This document shows, piece by piece, positions 1 through 6,393 of a DNA stretch of 32,000 bases. The notes under the pieces were generated by a model that did no database searches, was not told the origin of the DNA, and worked only from the letters and a program-made list of their open reading frames with translations. Source of the DNA: Candidatus Saccharimonadota bacterium (GTDB lineage Bacteria; Patescibacteriota; Microgenomatia; UBA1406; GWC2-37-13). The translations under genes were made by a program, and so were the position numbers. The stretch is taken from positions 600,001 through 632,000 of the forward strand of contig CP066689.1 in NCBI GenBank assembly GCA_016432445.1. The letters are read 5' to 3'. Numbering within the stretch: the first letter of the stretch is position 1; each line of letters starts with the position of its first letter.

Positions 1-1
1 G

Positions 2-610
2 ATCAAAAGCGCCATCAATTTAGGAACTCTTGCAGGCGGTAAAGTTCATTTTGTTGGTCATTCTAAAGCCGCTATTGAAGGTATTCCTATTATTAAAAAA
101 AATCCGGATAAGATCGAAGGCTGTATACTTATTGCTCCCCGGGGAATCTTAAAAAAGAAAAATCCAGTAGGAGCATTAGGCACTTTAATAGCAGGTGAAG
201 TAAGAAATAGTTTAGGAAAAAGACGTTTAAAAAAAAGATTTCCTGAGCTGAAAGATACATTAAAACTAATAAAGAAAGCCGAAAAGCAATATGGTAAATT
301 TGGTCCGAAATATCTTATAGAAATTTTATCCACGGTTACACAAACTATTCAAGATTCTTTTCGACAACTGCAGGAATACGGCGTTAGAGTAGTGGTCATG
401 CCCCAGCAAAATGACGGGTATTATCCGCCTGAGCAAATGAGAAAAATATTAAAAGAAGTGGATTTTCCCGAAGAGGATCTATTAATTCTTTCTGGGATTT
501 ACGGAGCTTTGCACGGCGCAGTTAAATATGACCCCACAGTGTGCCAGGACATAGTTGAGGCTCTAAAAGAGATTGAAGAAAACAAACATCATTCTCATTT
601 TCTGGAGTGA
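2..610 (+). CDS. alpha/beta-fold hydrolase, C-terminal part (5' end lies outside the window)
   Basis: Frame 2 is open from nt 2 to the TGA at 608-610, so the listed 392..610 ORF is only its tail. The translation contains a nucleophile-elbow-like VHFVGHSKAA. Confidence 0.55.
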   Translation: MKSAINLGTLAGGKVHFVGHSKAAIEGIPIIKKNPDKIEGCILIAPRGILKKKNPVGALGTLIAGEVRNSLGKRRLKKRFPELKDTLKLIKKAEKQYGKFGPKYLIEILSTVTQTIQDSFRQLQEYGVRVVVMPQQNDGYYPPEQMRKILKEVDFPEEDLLILSGIYGALHGAVKYDPTVCQDIVEALKEIEENKHHSHFLE

Positions 611-623
611 AAATGACTTCAGA

Positions 624-1532
624 TTAAGAAGTTTTCTTCATTTTTTGAAGCCGGTCGGCAAATAATTGTGCCCAACCAGCACCTTTATAAAAAGCAATTG
701 ATCCAACTCCAAAAAGTATGTCGAATCGATAGGGGAATAACGGATAAGTAAGTAAATACAATATTCTGCCTATGTGAGTGTCTAACCCTACATGAACGAC
801 CTTTTTTATATTTTTTCCTTCTGCAATATCATAAATTACTTGAGCCACTTTTTCTGGTTTTGTTCCAAAAGTATTTCTCCACCAGCTGGTTATTTTTTCA
901 GCGGCCTTTATCTCAGCGGGATTTTTTCCTTCAGTCCAACTCGCGCGGTCGATCCTAGTTATAGTGTTTCCAGGACGAATATCTACTAATCTAACGTTAT
1001 AATTCTTCATATATGATTTTTTTGTTCTTCTTGTAACTCTTGAAAGACGGATTTTAGAGTCGTTATAGCCGCCATGATGAAGATCTGGCCAGTAACGTTT
1101 AGCTGAGGTTACGTTAATTATAGTTCCTCCACCATTTTGATCCATAATTCCTGAAGCGGCTGCTGTAATAAGAATAGGCGCGTATAAATTTACTGCAAGC
1201 ATATCTTCCAAAGCTTTTGTAGGCGTGAGATCTTTACCATACATTGTAGATAATGCGCCTTTAGTCATGATTCCTGCGGCGTTAACTACAATATCAAGTC
1301 TTCCCGACTCTGCGCTTTCATTAACCATGCTGATAACTTGGCAATGATCAGTCACATCAATTTTTAAGGGTCTAATATTTGAATATTTAGGTTGAGAGAA
1401 AACTTCATGAATAGCTGGGTCTTTATCGGCTGCATAAACTGTATATCTTCTATCTTGAGCAAATTTTTCAGCAGTGGCTTTTCCAATCCCGCTGGCTGCG
1501 CCAGTAACGATTGCAACTTTTCTTTCAGACAT
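624..1532 (-). CDS. short-chain dehydrogenase/reductase (SDR) family oxidoreductase
   Basis: N-terminal VAIVTGAASGIGKA (TGxxxGxG Rossmann motif) and YNDSK (YxxxK catalytic motif). It carries a C-terminal extension of about 80 aa. Confidence 0.85.
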   Translation of the reverse strand: MSERKVAIVTGAASGIGKATAEKFAQDRRYTVYAADKDPAIHEVFSQPKYSNIRPLKIDVTDHCQVISMVNESAESGRLDIVVNAAGIMTKGALSTMYGKDLTPTKALEDMLAVNLYAPILITAAASGIMDQNGGGTIINVTSAKRYWPDLHHGGYNDSKIRLSRVTRRTKKSYMKNYNVRLVDIRPGNTITRIDRASWTEGKNPAEIKAAEKITSWWRNTFGTKPEKVAQVIYDIAEGKNIKKVVHVGLDTHIGRILYLLTYPLFPYRFDILFGVGSIAFYKGAGWAQLFADRLQKMKKTS

Positions 1533-1538
1533 TTCAAG

Positions 1539-1547
1539 ATTATATCA
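1539..1547 (-). promoter_or_regulatory. extended -10 promoter (TGaTATAAT) 6 nt upstream of the SDR ATG
   Basis: The minus strand reads TGATATAATC-TTGAA-ATG. There is no Shine-Dalgarno, and the geometry fits a leaderless transcript. Confidence 0.45.
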
Positions 1548-1563
1548 CAGATAGTTATAGGAT

Positions 1564-1641
1564 AAAAAAAAGACCTATGGGGTGGAAAAAATCAGCCAGC
1601 GGCTGATTGATGACAACATTGTCACCAGTCCATAGGTCTTT
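1564..1641 (-). terminator. multi-hairpin 3' element of cassette A ending in U8 (complex intrinsic terminator or 3'-UTR RNA)
   Basis: Outer stem agacctatgg (1571-1580) pairs with ccataggtct (1630-1639). It encloses hairpins at 1591-1607 and 1611-1624. On the minus strand the structure is followed by T8 (1564-1571). Confidence 0.55.
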
Positions 1642-1695
1642 CGATTTTGCACTCCATTGTGCGGATGACTAGATTAGTTTGGTTGCCATTACACC

Positions 1696-2109
1696 TCAGC
1701 TTGTGTGATTGACTCCGTTTTGCCGTATCACAGTGATAGCGGCTGCAGCTGCTAAAAGGATTGCTCCTGTAAGCAGAGACAGCATTATTAGGGTCTTAAA
1801 TGTGCTAGGTGACACGTAAGGTACGATTGTTACGACCAGCATGGGGAGTGCAATGAGCACGAGCGTTCCCAATCTGATCAACCTTGGGCTTCCGTCGGAT
1901 AATAGGATTGCGATTAAAAAAGTTCCAGCCACTATGATGGATGACACGATCAGGCTAAGGATTCTCCCAAGCGGTGAGCTTTCGTCTGAGAGGCCTGGAC
2001 CCTGGCTGATGTTTAGTGAGATAGCTCCTACAGTGACGACTATCAGGAGCAGACCAATAAGAGCGTTAAAAACCAAGGTTGTTTTGTCGATTGACGCTAA
2101 ACGTTTCAT
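1696..2109 (-). CDS. small integral membrane protein, 137 aa, about 4 TM (cassette A gene 3)
   Basis: The ORF is almost entirely hydrophobic segments. It runs co-directionally 4 nt after the 68-aa gene, and its G+C is higher than the flanks. Confidence 0.55.
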   Translation of the reverse strand: MKRLASIDKTTLVFNALIGLLLIVVTVGAISLNISQGPGLSDESSPLGRILSLIVSSIIVAGTFLIAILLSDGSPRLIRLGTLVLIALPMLVVTIVPYVSPSTFKTLIMLSLLTGAILLAAAAAITVIRQNGVNHTS

Positions 2110-2113
2110 TGCA

Positions 2114-2320
2114 CTAGCCTCCTTTTTCAGTTGTTTGTCTTTTCGGCAGTCCGAACGTCATGATTCCTGGCCCGGATATTCCAATGATAGCTCCGAAGCC
2201 AAAAACCAAAGCCGCAGTAGAGTGATCCGTAACATTCCAGGCTACCATAACGACTGATGTCACAACAATTGCCAAACCCAGAATTGCTACGATCCCCCCA
2301 GCATAGAACCACTTTGACAT
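2114..2320 (-). CDS. small membrane protein, 68 aa, 2 TM (cassette A gene 2; paralogue of 4055..4276)
   Basis: GGAGG Shine-Dalgarno upstream. An ungapped alignment to the 73-aa ORF shows MSKW.Y, GAI.G..GP and GLP.RQTT. Confidence 0.65.
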   Translation of the reverse strand: MSKWFYAGGIVAILGLAIVVTSVVMVAWNVTDHSTAALVFGFGAIIGISGPGIMTFGLPKRQTTEKGG

Positions 2321-2392
2321 GATCTTTCCTCCTTCTTATTTTAATCAATCTCCAAGTGACCGCCGAGCAATTTTCAGTTGTGAGTTTTTATG

Positions 2393-2647
2393 TTAGATCT
2401 CGATCCTCCTTACTGGAATGTGAATGCTTGATGCTAGGAAGGTTACGCCGATTGAACCGATTAGGATACCTCCATAAAACAAGATGTCTGACAAGAGTTT
2501 GAACGAGATAACCAGAACATAGTTACCTCCCAATGATATGAACAGAGGATAGTCATTAGATAGTATAGGCAAGAAGAAAATAGATACAATTACTAGCGCC
2601 GTCCCAACTGCGGTTAGAGATGCCCCAATTTTTTGAGCGATAGACAT
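2393..2647 (-). CDS. small membrane protein, 84 aa, about 3 TM (cassette A gene 1; paralogue of 4294..4566)
   Basis: Hydrophobic ORF with an AGGA Shine-Dalgarno. It shares FFL..DY...YVL...Y.G.L..IG with the 90-aa ORF. Confidence 0.6.
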   Translation of the reverse strand: MSIAQKIGASLTAVGTALVIVSIFFLPILSNDYPLFISLGGNYVLVISFKLLSDILFYGGILIGSIGVTFLASSIHIPVRRIEI

Positions 2648-2673
2648 TATTTAATTTTCCTTTCTTCTTTTTT

Positions 2674-2814
2674 ATCCGCACAATTTGTCAAGGTTCGAAG
2701 AAATCTGCAAAAGAAACTTCATCAGGCAGCTATTGTCTAAATCCATTTATCTCACAGCCTTCTTCAAAATGAATTATAGCAAATTCATTTCGAGCCTTTT
2801 ATAGCAACACTTTC
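2674..2814 (-). repeat. 141-bp perfect direct repeat, copy 1 (promoter plus 5' leader of cassette A)
   Basis: Identical base for base to 4594..4734 at an offset of exactly 1920 nt. Identity breaks at 2673/4593 and at 2815/4735. Confidence 0.95.
2773..2807 (-). promoter_or_regulatory. tandem TTGCTATAA motifs; proximal one is an extended -10 (TGcTATAAT)
   Basis: The minus strand reads gTTGCTATAAAaggctcgaaatgaatTTGCTATAATtc. The predicted transcript start leaves a leader of about 120 nt. Confidence 0.5.
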
Positions 2815-2895
2815 ATCAAAGAATATTAAATATCCCTAGCGTTGACATAAATATAATATTATTATATCTTTAACTATTAATTCCAAATAATCTCT

Positions 2896-3066
2896 ATGTA
2901 TAAGGTTACAGCTTATAGATTTGCAATCAAACTTTGGGGAAGATTTGGACCGGAAAGAGCCAAAGAATTAGAAGGATATCTAAACTCAAGTTCACCTGAC
3001 GGCTATGAATTAGTTATCGTATTACCTTTTGGATTTTGGTTTATGTGTATCTGGAAAAAGAAATAG
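2896..3066 (+). CDS. 56-aa protein, possibly DUF4177-like
   Basis: An ORF below the track cutoff translates to MYKVTAYRFAIKLWGRFGPERAKELEGYLNSSSPDGYELVIVLPFGFWFMCIWKKK. The pattern resembles the ...EL...L...G.EGWELVSV signature, recalled from memory. Confidence 0.3.
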   Translation: MYKVTAYRFAIKLWGRFGPERAKELEGYLNSSSPDGYELVIVLPFGFWFMCIWKKK

Positions 3067-3184
3067 AAATAGCTTTGAAAACATAATATTCTCATTACGC
3101 TCGATTTCACTTCGGAGGTAAGTAAATTCAAATATTTTAGAAACTTTTGCTATGGCCTATAGCATTGCTTTTTATTTCTTCTTT

Positions 3185-3193
3185 TGCTAGAAT
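3185..3193 (+). promoter_or_regulatory. extended -10 (TGcTAGAAT) 7 nt upstream of the ATG at 3201
   Basis: Sequence TGCTAGAAT-tcagcat-ATG with no Shine-Dalgarno. This supports 3201 as the real start. Confidence 0.4.
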
Positions 3194-3200
3194 TCAGCAT

Positions 3201-3803
3201 ATGGTAATGAATGAGCAGTTTAAAAGACATATTCGTGCAAATGAGGGTGAACCAGGACTAAACGAATTAATAGAACTTCATGATCGTTTTAATCAACTTG
3301 TAACAGAGGGAAAAATAAAAGAATTACCACTTGATGAACAAGTTTCTCTTAGGGAAAAACCACGTGGACATAGAGGAAATAGAAAAAAGATTGATATTGT
3401 GTTAAAAAACGGAGAAACAGTATCGATTCCAAGAGAATTGTTGTCTGAAGAGACTGCAATATTGGAATATGCAGAAAGACGGCATAATGAAGATCCTGAA
3501 CATCCTTATTTTTATGCTAAGGATTTATTTAATGATGCGGTAATTAAAGCTGAAGTAAAGAATACTGGGTTTGTTTACAAGATGATGGGTAAGCTTATAA
3601 AATGGCATTGCTTAATTTCTAGGTTTGATCCTGTGGACTGCGAAAAAAAAGGGCCTGCGATTCGTGCAACTGCTTTTGCTATAACAGACAGCGGGTTAGA
3701 GATAGTCTCATTATTCCGTACACAAACAGGTGAAGCAAAAGTAAAGGGTGCGCAATTTAAATTCTTAAAAGCAATAAACGCTTCAGGTTATTCAAGAAAA
3801 TAA
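3201..3803 (+). CDS. hypothetical protein, 200 aa, with a possible C-terminal winged-helix-like region
   Basis: Long ORF. The internal ATG at 3201 is preferred over the TTG at 3147 because of the adjacent -10 box. The segment FVYKMMGKLIKWHCLISRF...AITDSGLEIV looks like a wHTH recognition helix plus wing; this is a weak by-eye call. Confidence 0.55.
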   Translation: MVMNEQFKRHIRANEGEPGLNELIELHDRFNQLVTEGKIKELPLDEQVSLREKPRGHRGNRKKIDIVLKNGETVSIPRELLSEETAILEYAERRHNEDPEHPYFYAKDLFNDAVIKAEVKNTGFVYKMMGKLIKWHCLISRFDPVDCEKKGPAIRATAFAITDSGLEIVSLFRTQTGEAKVKGAQFKFLKAINASGYSRK

Positions 3804-3843
3804 TTCTTCTAAAATAATGATTGAATAAAAAGCTTGGGGGGGT

Positions 3844-3933
3844 AAAAAAAAGACCTATGGTTTTCCGTTGAGTAAATGCACTTTATTGTGCACCGGCGAC
3901 TATATAGTCGTCTAAACGGTTGACCATAGGCCT
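3844..3933 (-). terminator. multi-hairpin 3' element of cassette B ending in U8
   Basis: Outer stem agacctatgg (3851-3860) pairs with ccataggcct (3924-3933) and is perfect on the minus strand only, via one G-U. Inner stem ccgtt/aacgg, with hairpins at 3877-3892 and 3895-3912. T8 follows on the minus strand (3844-3851). Confidence 0.55.
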
Positions 3934-3961
3934 TTAAACCTATCCACACCTGCGCGGATAT

Positions 3962-4051
3962 TTAGTTTGCCGTGACAGACCGCACGGCCGCAAAAACGAC
4001 TCCCACGACTACGACGAAGCCAATAAAAAGGCGAAGAAGAATCTCGTCCAT
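3962..4051 (-). CDS. 29-aa single-TM micro-ORF, possibly a deletion remnant of the 137-aa gene
   Basis: Translates to MDEILLRLFIGFVVVVGVVFAAVRSVTAN. It occupies the gene-3 position of cassette B, and its C-terminus resembles ...AAAAITVIRQNGVN of the 137-aa protein. Confidence 0.3.
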   Translation of the reverse strand: MDEILLRLFIGFVVVVGVVFAAVRSVTAN

Positions 4052-4054
4052 TTG

Positions 4055-4276
4055 TTATGCTCTTTCTTCAGTGGATTGAGTGGTTTGTCTTGGCGGCAGT
4101 CCGTGAACTATCAGCGCTGGGCCAATAAGACCCAGTATGGCTCCTGCAGCGAGGAACCAAAAAGAGAGCAGGTGCTCAGCTGGGTTTGAGAGCAGTATAA
4201 CAATGGACACAGCTATGCATACCAAACTGAGAGCAATGGTGGCTCCCGCTAAGTAGTCCCATTTAGACATGATCAT
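4055..4276 (-). CDS. small membrane protein, 73 aa, 2 TM (cassette B gene 2)
   Basis: GGAGG Shine-Dalgarno. Paralogue of 2114..2320. Confidence 0.65.
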   Translation of the reverse strand: MIMSKWDYLAGATIALSLVCIAVSIVILLSNPAEHLLSFWFLAAGAILGLIGPALIVHGLPPRQTTQSTEERA

Positions 4277-4293
4277 GATCTAATCCTCCTTTC

Positions 4294-4566
4294 TTAAGAG
4301 TATTCAGACTTGCGTTTATTCAGTTGTGAGTTGTCTTTCCTCTTTCCTTTCTCCACGATGAATAAACCGATCACCGTGAGCAAGACTCCTGCATAGAGCA
4401 GGGTATTCAAAAAGTGTCCATAAGGCAGAATTAAAACATAGGGTTCCACTGTGAACAATATTGAATTGTAGTCACGTACTGTAAATAGAAAAAAGGCAGA
4501 TAACAACAGTAGTATCGATCCGCTTGATACCATAGCAATACCAATGACCAGAGTCTTCGTCACCAT
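4294..4566 (-). CDS. small membrane protein, 90 aa, about 3 TM (cassette B gene 1)
   Basis: Hydrophobic ORF and paralogue of 2393..2647. The C-terminal basic tail corresponds to non-coding spacer in cassette A (shared ctcacaactgaa). Confidence 0.6.
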   Translation of the reverse strand: MVTKTLVIGIAMVSSGSILLLLSAFFLFTVRDYNSILFTVEPYVLILPYGHFLNTLLYAGVLLTVIGLFIVEKGKRKDNSQLNKRKSEYS

Positions 4567-4593
4567 CTCGATTCATCCCTTCGTTTATTTTTG

Positions 4594-4734
4594 ATCCGCA
4601 CAATTTGTCAAGGTTCGAAGAAATCTGCAAAAGAAACTTCATCAGGCAGCTATTGTCTAAATCCATTTATCTCACAGCCTTCTTCAAAATGAATTATAGC
4701 AAATTCATTTCGAGCCTTTTATAGCAACACTTTC
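4594..4734 (-). repeat. 141-bp perfect direct repeat, copy 2 (promoter plus 5' leader of cassette B)
   Basis: Identical to 2674..2814. It ends 5 nt before the ATG of the divergent gene at 4740. Confidence 0.95.
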
Positions 4735-4739
4735 GTAAA

Positions 4740-5735
4740 ATGAATATAACTTTTCTTGAACTTGAAGAGTGGGAAAAGCCAATGCTTAGAAATAATTTTT
4801 CAGGGCATAGTCTTAATTTTTATGAAGAAGCTTTAACTCAAAATAATCTTCAGTTGATCATAAAAACTGAGATATTATCACCCTTTATTTATTCCACGCT
4901 CTCAAAAGATATTCTTTCACAGCTTCCTAACCTCAAACTTATTGCTACCCGCTCAACAGGCTTTGATCATATTGATGTGAATTATTGTAAAGAAAGGGGA
5001 ATAACAGTCTGTAATGTTCCAACCTACGGAGTAAATACAGTGGCTGAGCACACTTTTTCTTTAATTTTGGCTCTGTCCAAGAAAATAGTTCCCTCAGTAG
5101 AGAATACAAGACAGGGTAATTTTGATCTTGATGGTTTGCGCGGAATTGAACTGGCCAACAAAACATTAGGGATAATTGGGCTTGGGCATATTGGTTTAAG
5201 AGTGGCTGAAATTGGGCGCTGTTTTAAGATGAAAATTATAGCCTACACGCCTCATCCTAATATTGATAAAGCGCAGGGAGTAACTTTTTGTGATCTGACA
5301 AGTCTTCTTTCCACCTCAGATTTTATAACATTGCATGTTCCCGCTACACCTGATTCAAATCACCTCATAAACAAGGAAAATATTAAACTATTAAAAAAAG
5401 GAAGTTTTCTTATTAATACTGCAAGGGGAGTCGTGGTTGAAACCGAAGCTATTCTTTGGGCTCTTGAACAAGGGATTCTTGGCGGAGTCGGATTGGATGT
5501 TCTTGAGGAAGAATGTGTTTTGAAAGAAGAACGGGAACTCTTGTCCAAGGATTTTTTAAAAACATGTAACCTAAAGACACAGCTATTAAACCATGTCCTT
5601 TTAACCAAAAAAAATGTGATTGTTACTCCACATAACGCCTTCAACAGCTATGAAGCATTACAGGAGATATTAGATACAACAGTCATCAACATAGAAAATT
5701 TTCTGGATGGGCAAGCAAAAAATCAAATATTATGA
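4740..5735 (+). CDS. D-isomer-specific 2-hydroxyacid dehydrogenase family protein
   Basis: GIIGLGHIGLRVAE NAD-binding motif. Also RSTGFDHID, LINTARG, GLDV..EE and TPHNAF, which holds the catalytic His region. Confidence 0.9.
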   Translation: MNITFLELEEWEKPMLRNNFSGHSLNFYEEALTQNNLQLIIKTEILSPFIYSTLSKDILSQLPNLKLIATRSTGFDHIDVNYCKERGITVCNVPTYGVNTVAEHTFSLILALSKKIVPSVENTRQGNFDLDGLRGIELANKTLGIIGLGHIGLRVAEIGRCFKMKIIAYTPHPNIDKAQGVTFCDLTSLLSTSDFITLHVPATPDSNHLINKENIKLLKKGSFLINTARGVVVETEAILWALEQGILGGVGLDVLEEECVLKEERELLSKDFLKTCNLKTQLLNHVLLTKKNVIVTPHNAFNSYEALQEILDTTVINIENFLDGQAKNQIL

Positions 5736-6310
5736 AAAACGGATTGAAAATACTGCTTCTGGCTGATTCTTGGCAGGTAACCGCACTTGGGATGATTGCC
5801 CCTATCTACGCCATTTTCGTAGAGAGAATTGGAGGAGATTTGTTAGATGCATCCTGGGCTTACTTTGCTTTTATGATGTCAACCGGAGTTACGATTTTTC
5901 TAATAAGTCATTGGGAAGATAAGATAAAACATAAAGAAAAACTGATTATGCTTGGTTATGTTTTAACGGTTGCTGGAGCAATGATGTACATCTTTGTCTT
6001 TAATCAGTTTACTTTAATTATTACTCAGATTGTCCTTGGTCTGGCTCAGGCAATTAAAGATCCTGCTTATGACGCTTTGTACTCCGATTATCTGGATACA
6101 GGAAAAAAAGCCTCAGAATGGGGTGACTGGGAGTCTATGTATTATGTGGCGACAGCTTTAGCGGCAATTCTCGGAGGATATATTGCTACAGTTCTTGGTT
6201 TTAGGGCGCTATTTGTTGGAATGGCTATATTTTCAATATTTAGTGCCCTTGTCTGCATAAATCTTTTTAGAAAGAAAGAGTATTTGCATTCAAAAGAATT
6301 GCTAAGATGA
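5732..6310 (+). CDS. six-TM membrane protein resembling half of an MFS transporter
   Basis: About six hydrophobic helices in 192 aa. The start overlaps the upstream stop (ATGA). Confidence 0.5.
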   Translation: MKNGLKILLLADSWQVTALGMIAPIYAIFVERIGGDLLDASWAYFAFMMSTGVTIFLISHWEDKIKHKEKLIMLGYVLTVAGAMMYIFVFNQFTLIITQIVLGLAQAIKDPAYDALYSDYLDTGKKASEWGDWESMYYVATALAAILGGYIATVLGFRALFVGMAIFSIFSALVCINLFRKKEYLHSKELLR

Positions 6311-6393
6311 GAAATATTATTTTGGCTTCTAAATCGCCGCGTAGAAAACAAATACTTGAAAAAAACGAAGGGGATTATTTTAATCGATTTTAA
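6307..6393 (+). pseudogene. maf: Maf-like nucleotide pyrophosphatase, N-terminal 28-codon remnant
   Basis: Translates to MRNIILASKSPRRKQILEKNEGDYFNRF*. IILAS.SPRR..IL is the typical Maf N-terminus. The rest of the gene is absent and the locus is overlapped by the converging 92-aa ORF. Confidence 0.5.

Noticed and set aside
58-333. 91-aa minus-strand ORF at the window start
   Set aside because: It lies antisense to a longer open frame (2..610, plus strand) that carries a hydrolase-like GHS motif. Its low-complexity Phe/Ile-rich translation is typical of a shadow ORF.
1571-1640. The 70-nt multi-hairpin as a tRNA or tRNA-like gene
   Set aside because: Its arm lengths and loops do not fit a cloverleaf. 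One hairpin has a 3-nt loop, there is no T-loop GTTCRA motif and there is no 7-nt anticodon loop.
2685-2690. TTGACA in the leader (minus strand, complement of about 2685-2690) as the -35 box of the cassette promoter
   Set aside because: No acceptable -10 hexamer lies at 16-18 nt spacing in any of the three copies, and the Shine-Dalgarno would fall too close to the start. The upstream TGnTATAAT is a better promoter, so the TTGACA block is more likely an operator or RNA element.
2690-2700. LexA/Cheo-box reading of GTTCGAAG in the shared leader
   Set aside because: Only a single GAAC/GTTC half-site is present, without the partner half at the 4-nt spacing.
2674-2814. The 141-bp repeat as an IS element or MITE
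   Set aside because: It has no terminal inverted repeats, no target-site duplication and no transposase. Both copies sit in the same position and orientation relative to paralogous operons, which fits a duplicated regulatory region better.
4472-4666. Upstream ORF in the shared leader (MDLDNSCLMKFLLQISSNLDKLCG; 24 aa in cassette A, read through to 64 aa in B) as a leader peptide
   Set aside because: The stop context differs between A and B. In the diverged leader C the conserved nucleotide blocks fall in a different reading frame (MLIACLF...). Conservation is therefore at the nucleotide level, not the peptide level, and there is no convincing Shine-Dalgarno.
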